Shown one piece after another: positions 40,415-54,095 of a stretch of DNA of 64,000 nt. The notes under the pieces were generated by a model. The model was not told the origin of the DNA and did no database searches. It was given only the letters and a program-made list of their open reading frames with translations. Within the stretch, counting starts at the first letter, position 1. Each line of letters starts with the position of its first letter. Made by a program: the position numbers and the translations under genes. Source of the DNA: Tubiluchus corallicola (lineage: Eukaryota; Animalia; Priapulida); contig JAQGDQ010000010.1 in assembly GCA_030141605.1 (NCBI GenBank), positions 496,001 to 560,000 on the forward strand, given 5' to 3'.

Positions 40415-43400
40415 TATAATTTCTCAAAAGTTATAATCTTCATCATCATCACTATTATTAGATAGGTATCACCGCCTTGTGATATCCCAGTCATCACCTA
40501 TGATTGACTTTGTTATTGTTATTTGTTATTATTCCTTCATCATTAATAAACACCACCATTTAATTGTAATTAATGACAATAACATTATCATCGTCATCAT
40601 CATCATCACCATCGCCATCACACCACCAACACCACCAACGCCATTATCACGATCGTCATCACCACTACCACTACTATCATTAGCGATATCGTCATCATAG
40701 TCATTATTAGTAATTTTCTGTTATTTCTTTTCTTTTCTCACTTCTTCCTGAAATGAATGACAGTTAATCTTGCATTAAACTCATGTAACTAACACTTGAT
40801 TAGCACAAAATAAGCGTGAGTGGCGGTCAGTGATAAAGAGGCGTATAAAAAGGGATTAATTTAAAGAAACTGAGAGATAGCCTTTTGCAATTGCAAACAG
40901 TGTTCTATCCATCTGCATCCAGTTGCAGGAAACCAGGTTAATCCTGCTAAATTACCGAAGCTGCCACTGTAGCCGGTTTCTAATTCAAGCAATCTAGGTC
41001 TATTTCATTGGGCATTACAGCCTGAATGCCATCCTAGATAGAAGAGACCTAACGGAAAGTACCCGAGCATCTCAAATATAGACGGACAAAAGCGCCTGGC
41101 CAGCGAATTGAATCCTCACTCTAATAGACACACGGAGTAGAAGGGATGAGATTACAAGATCAACAGCATGGAACCTACTATAACACATAAACCCCTTTAC
41201 TGGCTTCCCCAGCGTAAGTGACAGCGCGTATTGAGCATTAAAACTTAATCCGGTATTTGTAAGCACATTTTACATTGAGCTCCATTGCAGGTCAGGCAGA
41301 ACGCTGATTATGTCATATATACTTCCTAGTTACCTTACTTTTCTAGTGTTTTTCTGCATCTTATTTTGTTAGAAATTATGGGCTCTAGAAAGAGGATCTG
41401 GTATCACAGATATATAAAAACATCGCCGTTAATGAAATTAAGAGAAAGCGCGACAAAAAGATGAAAAACGAGCGTGAGTTGGACGAACAGTTCGAAATAA
41501 AATTTCAATTACTTACTTACTGAGTAAGAGTAAGAAGTTAGAAAAAGGAAAGCGACGGAATAAAAAAGGATAAACGAGGAAGATGAAATGGCAAAGAAGA
41601 GGAGAAGAAAGTCATGAAAATGGCTAGCTTTGAAAGTCATGCAAATGGAAATGAAAATTCTTAATTTAAAAAGTTTGCGCCAATTGGTTAAATGTCGCTA
41701 ATTCGCTATCCCAGCGTGCTCCAGAAAACGTCATCTGCTCACCAAAAAACGTATTATTAATCCTACTGACAAGTTAGCGGGCGTGTGCGCTTTGATTACC
41801 TTTTCGAACTTTACGTGAATGTTGTCTAAACTTGTTTCAATTTCTTATTGAACGACTGGCCGTTAAAATGGTTGCGACTAACTGTCAGTCCGGAAATTTA
41901 AATTTACAAATTTTCAAATTATTGCTAATTGCGTTATTGCTAATACAAGCTCTGTATGCAGCCAGACTGTAGGCAACTAATACCAAATTTCAAAATGATT
42001 TTGTAGCTTTTTGAATGAATTCTGTTTTCTTGTCTTTTAGTTTCTGTATGAAAATGAATTCAGAATAATAAGCCAAAAGGACATGAAAAGAAAACAGTTC
42101 CATTATGTGAAACAGATAAACAAAGAAGTCAGAAATAGAAATTGACAAAGTAAGGCAAACTCAGATTTCAAATGTAAAAACCCTAGTCTTAAGATCTCTA
42201 TGCTTATTATATCATTCACTGTAAAATGTCAAACTGTCGGAGTTTTTCTTACCGCAGCGAGAACAATGGAGGGAAATGGCAGGCCTTCGAGGAACGTCAT
42301 ATGTCTCATAAACTCATCAAGAGATAGCTAAAAGCTTTTCACAATAACCCATTGTATGTAATGAGCGATACACAAGTCGCAGTTATTCTATTTCTTCTGC
42401 TCTGGCGATTAAATGCTCGCTTGAATCTCTCTAATTATTTGCAGTATCAAAATAGCTCGCTGCGCATTGTAGTAGAATAAGAACACGCAACGTGCAAGTT
42501 TGATGACGTCAGTAATATCGTTACTTCCGCCAACAATTTATCAATTACTTAGGCCATAGGCATTTACAGGCAACGTCCATACAATTTTGTTGTACTTTAC
42601 AGACCACCGCAAGCAAATTATGAATTATCAGTTAAACTATTTGAATGTCTGTTATACCTTGCAAATGTTAATGGCCAGTTGTCCTCCTGGATGATTTTAA
42701 TCTTCCTGAAATTAAGTGGCATCCATTCATTGTTTTCCAGAATAATCTTCGCTTTATATCTCTTTTTTGATTTCGTAATTGAACAAGGTATAGAACAACT
42801 AGTCACGTCTCTAACAGGAGACTGTTATTAAACTGAACTTTGAGAATGCTGATTGAGATGGTTTGGCCCGCGGCCTAAAAAAATGTAAATTGAAGTAATG
42901 TATTTACGAACTGTAATTCCGTGTTACACTATTGGGAACTTCTTAAAGAACTATCTGCCAACATACAGAAACAAGCGCGTAGCAGAATTGCTACTGCCCA
43001 TTTAAAAACAATTATGATTCGTGAACATAACCTTTAAAATTGTCTTAAAAAGCGTAAAAAGCAAGATATTCAATGATTCAATGTATCTTAAAGATGAGTA
43101 CAGTATCTGTAATGAATTTTAAAGAATAATAAGAAGAATTCATCTCCGTCTCCATAGAAAGAAAAATAGTCTAGAAAAAATTGTGATGCTACAATTTTTT
43201 AATTTAGCTACTTTAAAAGCTACTTCAGATTACATCTGCGAAGGATGCCTCTGACATTGGGGATAAATTAAGGTTGAGCTAGAATTTACACAAACAATAG
43301 ATACCTCTACGTCGTCTCTCAAAGCGCACATGATGTGCATTCGTGTAACAGATCCTATCATATATATTTTCATTACCTTCCTTATCCTGCTTTTTATGTT

Positions 43401-44744
43401 CTAAAGCTAGTTGAAGAAATATTTGTATTCTTGCTTTACTTTTGATCAAACTGAACTCATGAACTTTTAGGGCAACTTTTGGGAAAAAGTTGTACCCAAA
43501 ATTATGATCCGAAATCCCGTGTATCTCGTTTCAGTGCTGTAGATTTATTCAACCTAACGGTAACTGTATGTAACACGAATAGTTTTTGTTAGTACAACTG
43601 AGTTTTTACAAACGGCAGAAACGGTACCAAACAAAAAGGATAATGACGGCGTTGGAAGCAAAAACACAACCAGTAGCAGCAGTGACGTGACAACAGCAAT
43701 AACCTACAGCAATGGGGACGACAATAACGTGAATTCTACATTTTGCAGCATATGTTGCTCCGTTCCCTTTGTCTAATAACATTTTTATTAGAAGTCCAAT
43801 TGTTACTCCGATAGCAGAAGTGTTTTCTTGTCTGACATTGAAATTTATCTCTGACAGCGTCAGCATTAAATTGGCAAGATATAGTCATCTTCTCGATTTT
43901 ATAAATGCGAGCCAGATCATTTCAGCCAACGCAAAAGCTCTCGAACGACTTAGGAAGCTTTACGTGCAGTTATAATGACAGCAAGATCGAACTTTGCTTC
44001 CTTTCAATGTTAACATTGGAAAGAGGCTTTTCAATACCGTTTCAGCAATGCTACGAACAATATTAGAGGTACTTGAAGGCAGAGATTTTCCGAGCAATTT
44101 GTCACCTGCTAAAGAGAGCGTCGTTGTTATTTAACACCTCCACTTATGTCATTTTGCTCGTTTGCTCGTCCTGATTACGGCTTGTGTAACTCTAATCAGG
44201 ATAGAATTCCAGGTGCTGACAGAAATTTTACGTCCGTCCGATTAGTATTAGCCTGTGTACTGCTTGGTGTGTTAAACAATAAAAGTGAAAATGCAACTCA
44301 CAAACAACGTATGACAGGTTTGTATACCCTGGCGTTGGAAGCTGCGGGATTTGAAGTCTTGATTAAAATTAAAATTAATAAAATTTTTAGGGATATGTTA
44401 AAATAAACACCCGCTCCCTGAACATTGGCGAGAATTTCTCAGTCTTAAGATGATGACCAAGGTGATTCAAGAGGAAAATAAATAACCGTACTTTTTTTGC
44501 TTATACTTTTACTTTATACTTTTACAGTTTATACTTTTAAAAGAAGCAAATACATTTATACAATTCTTTAAAAATAAAAAAAACCTGACTATTGTATCTA
44601 ATTGAATTTCCCTGCTTGATGCTAGATTTGTACACTATAGGTCGTCGTCACGACATCCAATCACTTCGCCAGTGGTACATTTTGCCAATACACATTTTGC
44701 CAGTAAGATCATGTATCTAAACTTAGTCAACTTGATGTACGCAC

Positions 44745-45120
44745 GTGCTAAGCGAAACATAGTAAAAAGGACAAAAGGCCATTTTAATAGTCGGGACAGG
44801 TGGTCAAATTTACTGGAGCAAGGTGACGAAAAAAATATGGAAACCATTAACTGGAAAGACGATGCGGCGAATAAACGAATTAATGAACGTCCCTCTGACA
44901 ATGAGTTTAAACTACATTTTGAACAGTTGTTTAATTGAAACATAGATGTATTGATTTAATGACAGTGGCAAACAATTATAAATGTGTACGCACCTATCTT
45001 AGACAGCCCATTTAGTACGAAAGAAGTGATTAACGTGATGGCATGCAAACCACTTTGTTTAAGTACCTAAATGACGAGTGACATAATGTTGTACTATTTA
45101 TTTTAAACGAAGTTTTTATC
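44745..45120 (+). mobile_element. LINE ORF2 remnant (linker between endonuclease and RT)
   Basis: RWSNLLEQGD...INWK...PSDNEFKLHFEQLFN then YAPILDSPFSTKEV and FKYL...LFILNEVF, resembling the region just upstream of RT in L2/Daphne-like elements; contains stops and frameshifts. Confidence 0.6.
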
Positions 45121-45126
45121 AAAGTC

Positions 45127-45505
45127 AAAGTCAAGGTTACAGCAGCGGATTGGCCTGGAAGCAGTACAGACAGTATTGAAAATTTGTGGAAAACTGTAAA
45201 TTATAAAGTTGCAGCAAAACAGCCATCAAATGGAAAAGCATTAAAAGAAGCGATTAAGGATACTTTTGATGAAGGAAGTCTCCACTGACAGGTGTTGCTA
45301 TTTGATTAACAGTGCGCCCAGAGATACACAAGCAGTCATCAAAAGCACGAGGTTACACAAAATGTTGAAATTTTGTGATATTTTAATAGTTTTGCAGAAA
45401 GTCTACTTCAGGTATGTAATTTATATGCTTATCAATAAAATAGTCAAAACGTTTTTCTATAAATATAAATTGGAAGGCTGTCTTGAACTTTTGTTAACAA
45501 CTGTA
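45127..45505 (+). mobile_element. Tc1/mariner transposon 3' remnant (transposase C-terminus plus right TIR)
   Basis: DWPGSSTD--SIENLW (cf. WP.NSPDLNPIENLW), LKEAI, CCYLINSAPR..QAVIK; right TIR reads CAGTTGTTAACAAAAGT on the minus strand and is followed by TA. Confidence 0.88.
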
Positions 45506-46979
45506 TGTTGAGAAAAGACGGTATTTTTGACATTTACAGCAAACTTAATTTAAGCAATCGAAACGAGATAATTACTAATCACATTTATTTATAAATGGAA
45601 AACATGAAAAAATAAGTGAGGCTAGCGTGTCAAACGTGACACAAACATTACTGGAGGTTGGATTTGATTAATACTATAATAGAGCGTGATAGCTATTATT
45701 ATTACAGCTGCTAAATTTCTTGCCAACCTTTATGCCAGACTAAATGTGTTTTTACGAATGTAGTATTCTGGAAGATGGCTTTTCATATCCAATACTCAAT
45801 TGATATCTACAAGAAAATACAATGTTCTGTGTTAGGTTTGCTAAATGACAACCTGCCTTACCTACAATTAGTAATCTGGTTCAATCCTCCATGGACAAAC
45901 ATCCCAGTAGCTTTTGATTGACAAACCTTAATTTCTGTAATTTTAAGAGCAGAAACTTGCTTTAGAAGTCATGCATGCGTTCTTATAGTTTTAATAGGCT
46001 AAGAACTACCTGGCTCGGTGGCTTCCAGGTTAGTTATTGGTCTGAAGGGGGCTTGCAGCCCGCTCACCCTCTCTCACAACGGATCAAATATAATAATGTG
46101 GAAGGGTGGCATAACTCTCCGTTGGTAATTCTTTTGCTCTTTGTTGAAGGGTAGAGACAAGTGTCAATTTTCTAGACTCTACAAAAATGGTTGGCATAAT
46201 AATGTGATATTAATAATAATATTTTCCTGAACAATGCACTGCGCTCATAACTCGTTACAATGAAATACAAATAAGGTTAAAAACAGAAAAGCTGGTCAAT
46301 AGATTGAACTAGCCTGGAAAATAACATATCACGTTAAGCTAGGCGTTAAAAATATTTGGAACAGGTCATGTAGCTTTTTATTAGCTGGCTCAAGTAATTG
46401 TTGTTCGCGATTACGTCGTTGGGCTCAATAAGTAGGTTTTTTTAATTTATTTAGTCTTCTCTCTGCATCTGATGACCCAAACCATCTTGACCTACATAAA
46501 CTGCTAATCGGGTAACCCTGGCGGCGAACATCCCCAGCAGCAAAATTCGATAAATTTATATGTCTGGTGATGACAAGTCAGAAGATTAGCGTGTAATCTA
46601 GCTCTTGCTTGAAAAACGTTGCTGGCTATATTATAGTTATCTGACGACAATTCCCGAATAAGATATCAAGTGAAAATACCACCTAATCTAGCTTCGAAGT
46701 TTGCCTTAGAAATATGAACAAAATGACCATTTGAACAAACGAAGGCAAATTCATCTTGAAGGCTTATAAATTACACAACTTAGGACGGTTCGCGCACTTT
46801 TGATCAATTGGTGCTTGCTGGGCTGCTTTCTATAAGGTACGGCATTGCAAGCATTAACAGCCACAGCAGAGACTGTCAGAGTAACTTTAGTGTTTAATGG
46901 CCATCTTTTCTCTGCCAAGCTTAAGTTCTTAACCACAAAATTGTTAATTAAATTAAACGTAACTAGATTTGTATTTTTT

Positions 46980-47175
46980 ATAATAATAATAATTTCGTAT
47001 AGGACATAGTCCAGTGATAATACCTTAAGTAACTCAGTACTTACTTCCAAGGTGCCCCTTGTTATTATTACCCGCATGTTACTTCGATAAACCCCCGTGC
47101 ACCATTATTTAAGTCTTTGGTATGACTCGGTCCTTTGAGTTGAACCCGCGAGAACGCTACCATTGAGCTACCCGG
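46980..47175 (-). mobile_element. tRNA-derived SINE related to 1182-1436, internally deleted
   Basis: Minus strand: GGTAGCTCAATGGTAG (A box), GGGTTCAACTC (B box), GAGTCATACCAAAGACTTAAATAATGGT, (ATT)n tail. Confidence 0.7.
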
Positions 47176-50100
47176 TAAAATGAAAAGTTCTATAAAATAC
47201 GCATTTGTACTAAAAAAATATTTAAGATATAAAGATTATTTGACGTCTTCGCCTCAAAACCTTTTAATTACAGTCTTAGCACCTATAGTAAGAAAACCAA
47301 GAGAAGTCACACTGCAGCAGACATTCTTGCCTCGGCCTGTAAAATGCATTGCATCAGTCTGCTTTTTGTTGCCGCTTTTAGTCTTATAAAGCGCTAGGGC
47401 CTTCGGTAGTGAATCCGCGTATTAGAAACTGCATTAGAATGGGTAATAGATGTCAGAGAAACTGTCAATCTAAATTACTTGGAGTTATTTTGACAAGTAG
47501 ACGAAAACGCTGAATAGGCGCATTAGCAAAAATAAAGGAGCAACGTTTCAGTAAAGCGTGTTTTATTTATTAGAGCCCAATTAATTCGTCTCTGAAAACT
47601 CAGTTACCGAAAATTAGAAAATTTTCCATAACACCATAAAGCAGCAATGAACAGCCGATTAAGATGTATTAGAAATCCTTTGCTAAAACGTCAAAAAATG
47701 TACAAATCTCGACCAAATTAATCCATTATCTTTGCGATTACGCTTGTGTGACGGTGTCACTACTATTTAGAAAACATGTCAGGATTAGTTTCGCTAAATC
47801 TCAGAAAGAGAAATAAAGCACAGTTCACACCTGTCGAAATCCGCTCAATAATTTCGGCCTAAGCAAATTGGTACGATGCGTGAAAACTTCTAAATATATG
47901 ATGATTGCGTACTCTTCTAATTCAAATATTTTGTAAGTGTTTTAAAGAACAAGCAACGAAAACGAAGAAAGGGAAACACCATTTCACTTGTTAATAATAA
48001 TAAGTTGTGCACAACGAGCGATATTGCTCAATTATACGAGAGGGAATAAGAGACCGGTCAAATACTTAACTTAATTAAGCTCGGTGGGCGCAACCGCCAC
48101 ATAATGTCGAGACCTAAAATGCATGAAAATACGTGAAAGTATACGATTCCATTAAGATGAACGTCCGTCCACCTTGCCAGACCAAATCTAGAATGTTAGG
48201 CAAAATTTTTAGGTGTATATAAATGCAGCAAAACTTTTGCGAATCGACCAATCAGAAGGTAGAATTCAGTATAATGTCTTGGGCCACATTCAGGTTATAA
48301 CTAAGCTCTACAGTACAGGTAATTTAACATCAATTTTCCATACAGTAAAAGGACAGGGCCAGGTAAATGTAACATCGTCTCAGCTAAGAAGCAAATAAGC
48401 GCTTTCTTTACATTTTACATGTTTAATTGCTAGCATGTCGTTTTAACAAACTAAAGCAGTTAATTAGGGTCAACCACCCAACTGCAAACCAACAGGTGCA
48501 AAAATATGATTCGGTATTACTGTAGCAAAACAATATAGTAACAAAAGGGTAAGTGTAGCAAAGTATTAAAGTTTTTCAACCTACGAGTAGGATGTAAACA
48601 TCACTGCTTTGTTTCCAAGGTGGCGACGCAAACATAAAACGAATATTTTAGCCCTGCAAATTTGACAAAATGTAGGTAAGAGATTTGTAAGTAAAAGATC
48701 ATCGCTCACAATAATATCATTGTCATTATCATCACCATCTCGTCGTCGTCGTAATTGTTATAATCATCATCATCGTCGTCGTCGTCGTCGCCATCATCTG
48801 ATAATTGTTAGATGAGATATCGGAAGCAGCAATATATAAATTAATACGTAAAATATATTGATATTCTACAGTAAATTTCGTGTGCAAATAGCCATATTCG
48901 TGTTACTGATACAAGCTAGTTTAAATCCGCTGACAACTAGGATGTTCATCCATTACATTATTTATTTGTAATACCACAGCAAGTAATAATCGTATTGCAG
49001 ACTGAAATGGCTTCTAATTATTTGCACCACCTGATTTAGTAGTCTCTCTGTGCTGGTTTATTAGGCGTTATGTGATAAGAAAGTCTGATTTAAAGCCAAC
49101 ACAGCATTTCCTCTTTCCTACCTGCAGGCATAAATTAATGACATCTCTGATCTAAACGTTTGTTACATTTTAAAAGTAGCTAAAATTTACACGATTTTGA
49201 CAGCTTCTGACATTAACTTATTACACGATGTTATCCGGTTATTTTTACATAATGAAAAACACTTTGGGAAACGTCACCGCCAAAGTACCTTGTACGGGAT
49301 GTTTTCATTCGCAGGGGTGCTTACAGAAGCGTCGTTAGGCTTATTTTTATTGGAAGTGTTGTTCATAAGTGCGTCGTAAGAATCGTTTGCGTTAGCAGGG
49401 CTTTTTACAAGTGCGATTTTATTGATGCAACGAGCCTGAATATTGGAAAAAAACTAAAGTACATTGCTACTGTGTAACATTTGGTGTATGACATGATATA
49501 CAAAAACTTGCCAGATTTAAAGTTTCAAATTCAAATTTCAAATTTACCGCTGTGCTCATGCATGAACTTGTTAAACATGTGCGCTACGTCACAACTGAAC
49601 ACCTCGTAACTGAGAGGTACAGCACCTGTTTTTGTGCAAGGCATTCCAAAAATATAGACGCTAGTGCCCATCGAAGTAGCGAATGGCGAAATGCGTATTA
49701 CATCATTATTCCTGTATAAGTGTAATTTGATTTGGTCAAACAAACAAACAAAAACTACATGCTTACGTACATACGTAACAACATTTGCCAATGATCAAAA
49801 TGCGGTTAACAGTTAGCAAACTGCGCCCAACTTAGGCGCTTAAGTTTTATTGTTTTATTACATTTTTATTACAAAGTAGCATATTTAGTTTTTTGTACGT
49901 TTTCTTGCCGTATTGTCCAGTCAATGTTTGACATTGTGTGATGCTTAAAAACAGTACAAAGCTATATATTTTCATGTGGAAAATCCGTCTACTGTTCGCA
50001 CATTCCCTGGACATATGCAACCCCTTCGAGATTCAACTTAATTCTTTTACTACACATCTACATAAGCGATTTCCATCCCTTTGAAGTTTATTTCTGCATT

Positions 50101-51395
50101 CGATCTCTTTACTCAAGCTTGTATTTTAATCATATTTAGAAGCGCACAATCTAATTACTGGGTGAAGTTATTGGCTCATTTCTGTTTTAGCAGAGAAATT
50201 CGGGAATTTTATTTTCGCATTTTTAGCTGTCCTTTGATTAATTTGGTGACGTCACATTCTAATTAAAACCACACATTATAACTATTCTTAAAACGATTAT
50301 AAATGTTCCCCATTTGGTAAGTTGGATGTGAGTAACATAAATGCAGTTTATTAAAGGATTTCTTGATGAGATTAGTCATTTCCAGGTTTTGAATCGGATA
50401 CAACTTCGTGAAAGAGAAAAAAAAGTGAAAAAGGCAGATTAAAATTGTGATCACTTGTATTACGATACAACTAAAAAATGCAAAAGCAGTATTAAATCAG
50501 AAATCTTACCAAGGGTAAAGTAACTAAGGCTACGTGGCATCTACAACGCCTTAAATTACTCCATGTTCATGTACAACAATTAATAAAGATTGGTACATCT
50601 GTATTGTATTGTATTGTAATTGTATTGAATTAACGATACAATGTAAAACCTAATGTCAACTTAAATATTAGATGTACTAATACAAACTTGTATACCATTC
50701 TGCATTCCAGGCTACGTAATTGATTCTTTTAAACAAAGTTAATTACCGAGACAACTAACTAGGTTAGCACAGTTATTGGCCACTAGAATAACCTATACTT
50801 TGACCGACCTAAACAAGTTCAGAAGATTAGACACAGTTAAAGAAATTTATCGAATAGTGAAAGTGAATTAATCTTAAATTAAGATAGGCCTGGGAAGCTC
50901 TACCCTTCGTACAAACGTGTTGCCCTAGCGTCACCTCGGGCAGGTTTTTAAGTAAAAGTTCAATATCTTTTTTGTGTTTGCGATTTTGTGGCAATTGTAA
51001 TTCAAAAGATCAAGTAAACATTTATTCTTTCTATAATTTAAATCCATGATATCCACAACTTGCCATGTTGCTTCAATATTTTGTTTCTCGTCTCAGGAAA
51101 AATTGTAGGCAAGTCTACAAAACCGATATACGGTACCAAATAAGTTAGTTAGCAGCACTGATACCGTTTTCTTAAACATGGCCCTGGTCCTAAAGGAAAA
51201 GATGTTTTTGGCCATTTTTCTCAATGCCACTATGTAAAAAAGTTGAATTTGTCAATATTCATCAATGGCCATCGAATGACTGTGGTGTTTTTGATCCCCA
51301 GAAATTGTTGGATATGTAATTTGGTCAGATTATGCCATATTGAATTTAGACACGATTGAAAGATATCTATAAGTGGCAGATGCCAGGAAGCTTAA

Positions 51396-51837
51396 AGGGG
51401 AAGAAAAGAAATAGCAATTTTAAAGTATTTCCCAAAAACTTTCACACTAAGTTATATTACTTAGCCCTTCTAAATTACGCTTACCAGCTTGATCACCATA
51501 TTTAAATAGAAAATAAAAATAGGAAAAATGTTGCTGAAAAACTTTCCCAGTGTGAATGACTCACCAAAAATGTTATTGACGCGATACATAAATTTCTAAT
51601 TTTGCTTAGTTAGTGAAAATGTGTCTACGAATGTTCTGATTATTTTTTCAAATTTTACACAATGTTATTTACGCTTTTTCAAATAACTTACCGTTGAAAT
51701 GGTTGTGCGTAACGGTCGTCGCGATAGCCTAAATTTACACGTTTTCTAAGGCGTTACTGTTAAGGCAGCATATAAGTGATATAAAATTCCAAAGACGAAT
51801 TTTTTAAGTTTATTTACGAAGGGTGTTTTCTTGTACT
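51396..51837 (+). mobile_element. Kolobok-like non-autonomous DNA transposon, family A copy 2 (442 bp)
   Basis: TTAA flanks (51392-51395, 51838-51841); imperfect TIRs AGGGGAAGAAAAG / GTTTTCTTGTACT. Confidence 0.82.
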
Positions 51838-53019
51838 TTAAAGCTTTCATATATAACTTTCACAGCATAATCATGGCAAAACTATCTGAATTGAAAGTTA
51901 ACGTGAAATGTCTGGCTCAACAAACACCAAGTAAGATCGTCGATCAAAGATTTAACACGACAATCTTCTTACTAGCCAGATATCATCTATATTACCTTGT
52001 CCAATTAAGATGAAAAATTACTGACGTTACTTAAAGATAGTATGACATGAAAAACGAATTTTCTAACATGTGGAGAATAAAATGCATCACAGACCGCTCT
52101 TTGTCAACATTCTTGTCGCGTGCAATATTCACTGATTTTTGTACAAATTTGTTGACACGTGACTTAGCATTAGTGACGTCTACCTATGCGCACCAAGTCA
52201 AAATTCAGAACCCTGAGCTTACAGTGGTGAACTGCTGATGCATTATGCTGACGCCATAGAAACCTGGTGCGACTGAGTAAACGCGTCTGCTCTATTAACG
52301 TGAAGTCATTTGCCAACAGACATGCGTAAAAACAAATTTTATATCTGCCAACGACGTGAAACATTACCAGTTTTGTAATTCTGTTCTCATTGTTTTTATT
52401 TTTTCCTTCACACGTTTTCCTGACACGACATCATATTGTCTTCGGGCAATTCCTCAACAGTCCAAAGTAGTCACTGAAATGTAGTGTTTTAAAGTATTTG
52501 CACAAAAAATTGAAAATTTGGAGCTAACTAGGTACGAGTGTAATGTTTGGATTATACTGCCGATTTTCTAGTTTTGATAAATAAAATTTCAGTAGAATAA
52601 AACGATGTTGCAGCGTTCATCCGTTCAAAACCTGCCATCAAAACATTCTAAATTTTAAGACACGATTTTCAGATGGTGGCCATGAAGTGTAGAGAAAATC
52701 AATGGAACTTCAGCAATGGCTGCCTCAATTGATAAATGAAGCTCGAATAGCCTAGCTAATGAAGACTCATAAAGGCAATAAAACTGAATGAATTCCATTA
52801 CAAATCCGCGAGATGACCGCTGGATGTTTAGCACGAGACTATGCCTGGTCCAGTCCGGTTCATTCCTATTTGACAAAAAGTTTGTTCTAATTTTCACATT
52901 TTGGCTCCTCGATGCCTAACTTAATAATGAAATTCTTAAAGGGGTCACCTAATGGTCAGTCATCCATTCACTGAACAGCTTTGGCTTAGCTTTAGCCTAA
53001 CGCTTAATTAAATGAAGGA

Positions 53020-53115
53020 GGAAGGTGCTGAAAGATAGCGAGTCAACCAAGATTCGAAACCAGAACCTTCCATTTACAGCACGGACGCTCTCCCGACTGA
53101 GCTACCAACTAACAT
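53020..53115 (-). mobile_element. tRNA-like sequence (pseudogene or repeat module)
   Basis: Minus strand: GGTAGCTCAGTCGGGAGAGCG...CTGTAAA...GGTTTCGAATC; good A and B boxes but no clean acceptor stem. Confidence 0.55.
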
Positions 53116-54095
53116 GGCAGAACAGGTCAAAATTCTCATGCAGTCAATCACAACTACCGCCAGTGAAACTTAATATAAACTGTTCGACAAACATATCTGC
53201 CGTTGCGTTAAGGCAAGTTATAGATTAGTCTGATTAGATTTATTAAATTTAAAAGTGCTGTTCATACTGGAAGCAAACAATGGCTGTTTTCTGTTGAAAC
53301 CAGTCTGTTTCTCTCTCCACGGTTTTCCCATAAAAGATGGTTCCCATGGACCGGTATAGATATTTAAATAGAAATTTTGAACCAACAACATTTCACTTAA
53401 AAACCGCAGCGATCTTTCAGAATTCGAACCACATCTTTTATTAACCAACTAAGGGCACCTTATTCAATACATTTTTACATTCAGTACATTTATGTATTGG
53501 GTTTTCTGCTTTCAAAAAATGTTTTAATGCTACTTATAAATTCAACATATTTCAAACAGCTACAGCCCAAATAAAAGCTGGTAAGCTTTTACCGCCGACG
53601 CTTAGTAAAACATTTCGTGATAGCAGTCATAATGCACGAAGTCAAAATGGCATTTAAAGCTAATTAAGCATGATCTCAGAGACAAAAGGCGCAGTAATAG
53701 TTTTTCCTTTTAACAAAAATCAACGACGCAAATGTTCGATAAATATTACGAAGAGTAACGAAATGTCACGTGGTTTGGTCACGTGATAAACAGCTGCGGG
53801 AAGCCCAGTAATTGCAGGATGGTTTGCTGGCACGCTCTTTCGCTTACACGCTTGGACTAACCCATTACACTCGAAGCAGCAGATTTTGGCTGTTTTTTCT
53901 GATTATATAAAATTGCGTAATGTGCTTTGCCGCAAAATTCTTGAATAAGTTTAATGATCTGCCACGCACCATTGACGTCATACGTACCCATACAAGGCAT
54001 ATCGCGTACTTTACAGGAGTTCTTGTGATACAGAACTCAACGAGGCTGCATGTTGTCTCATTCAAGTAAAGGTTAATACAGTCATATAGGCTTAA

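Noticed and set aside
43606-44140. Minus-strand coding-like stretch (LAGDKLLGKSLPSSTSNIVRSIAE) as a Harbinger transposase remnant
   Set aside because: Similarity too weak; no catalytic motifs or TIRs found.
53020-53115. Functional tRNA gene
   Set aside because: A and B boxes are present, but acceptor and anticodon stems do not pair well; treated as a tRNA-derived repeat.
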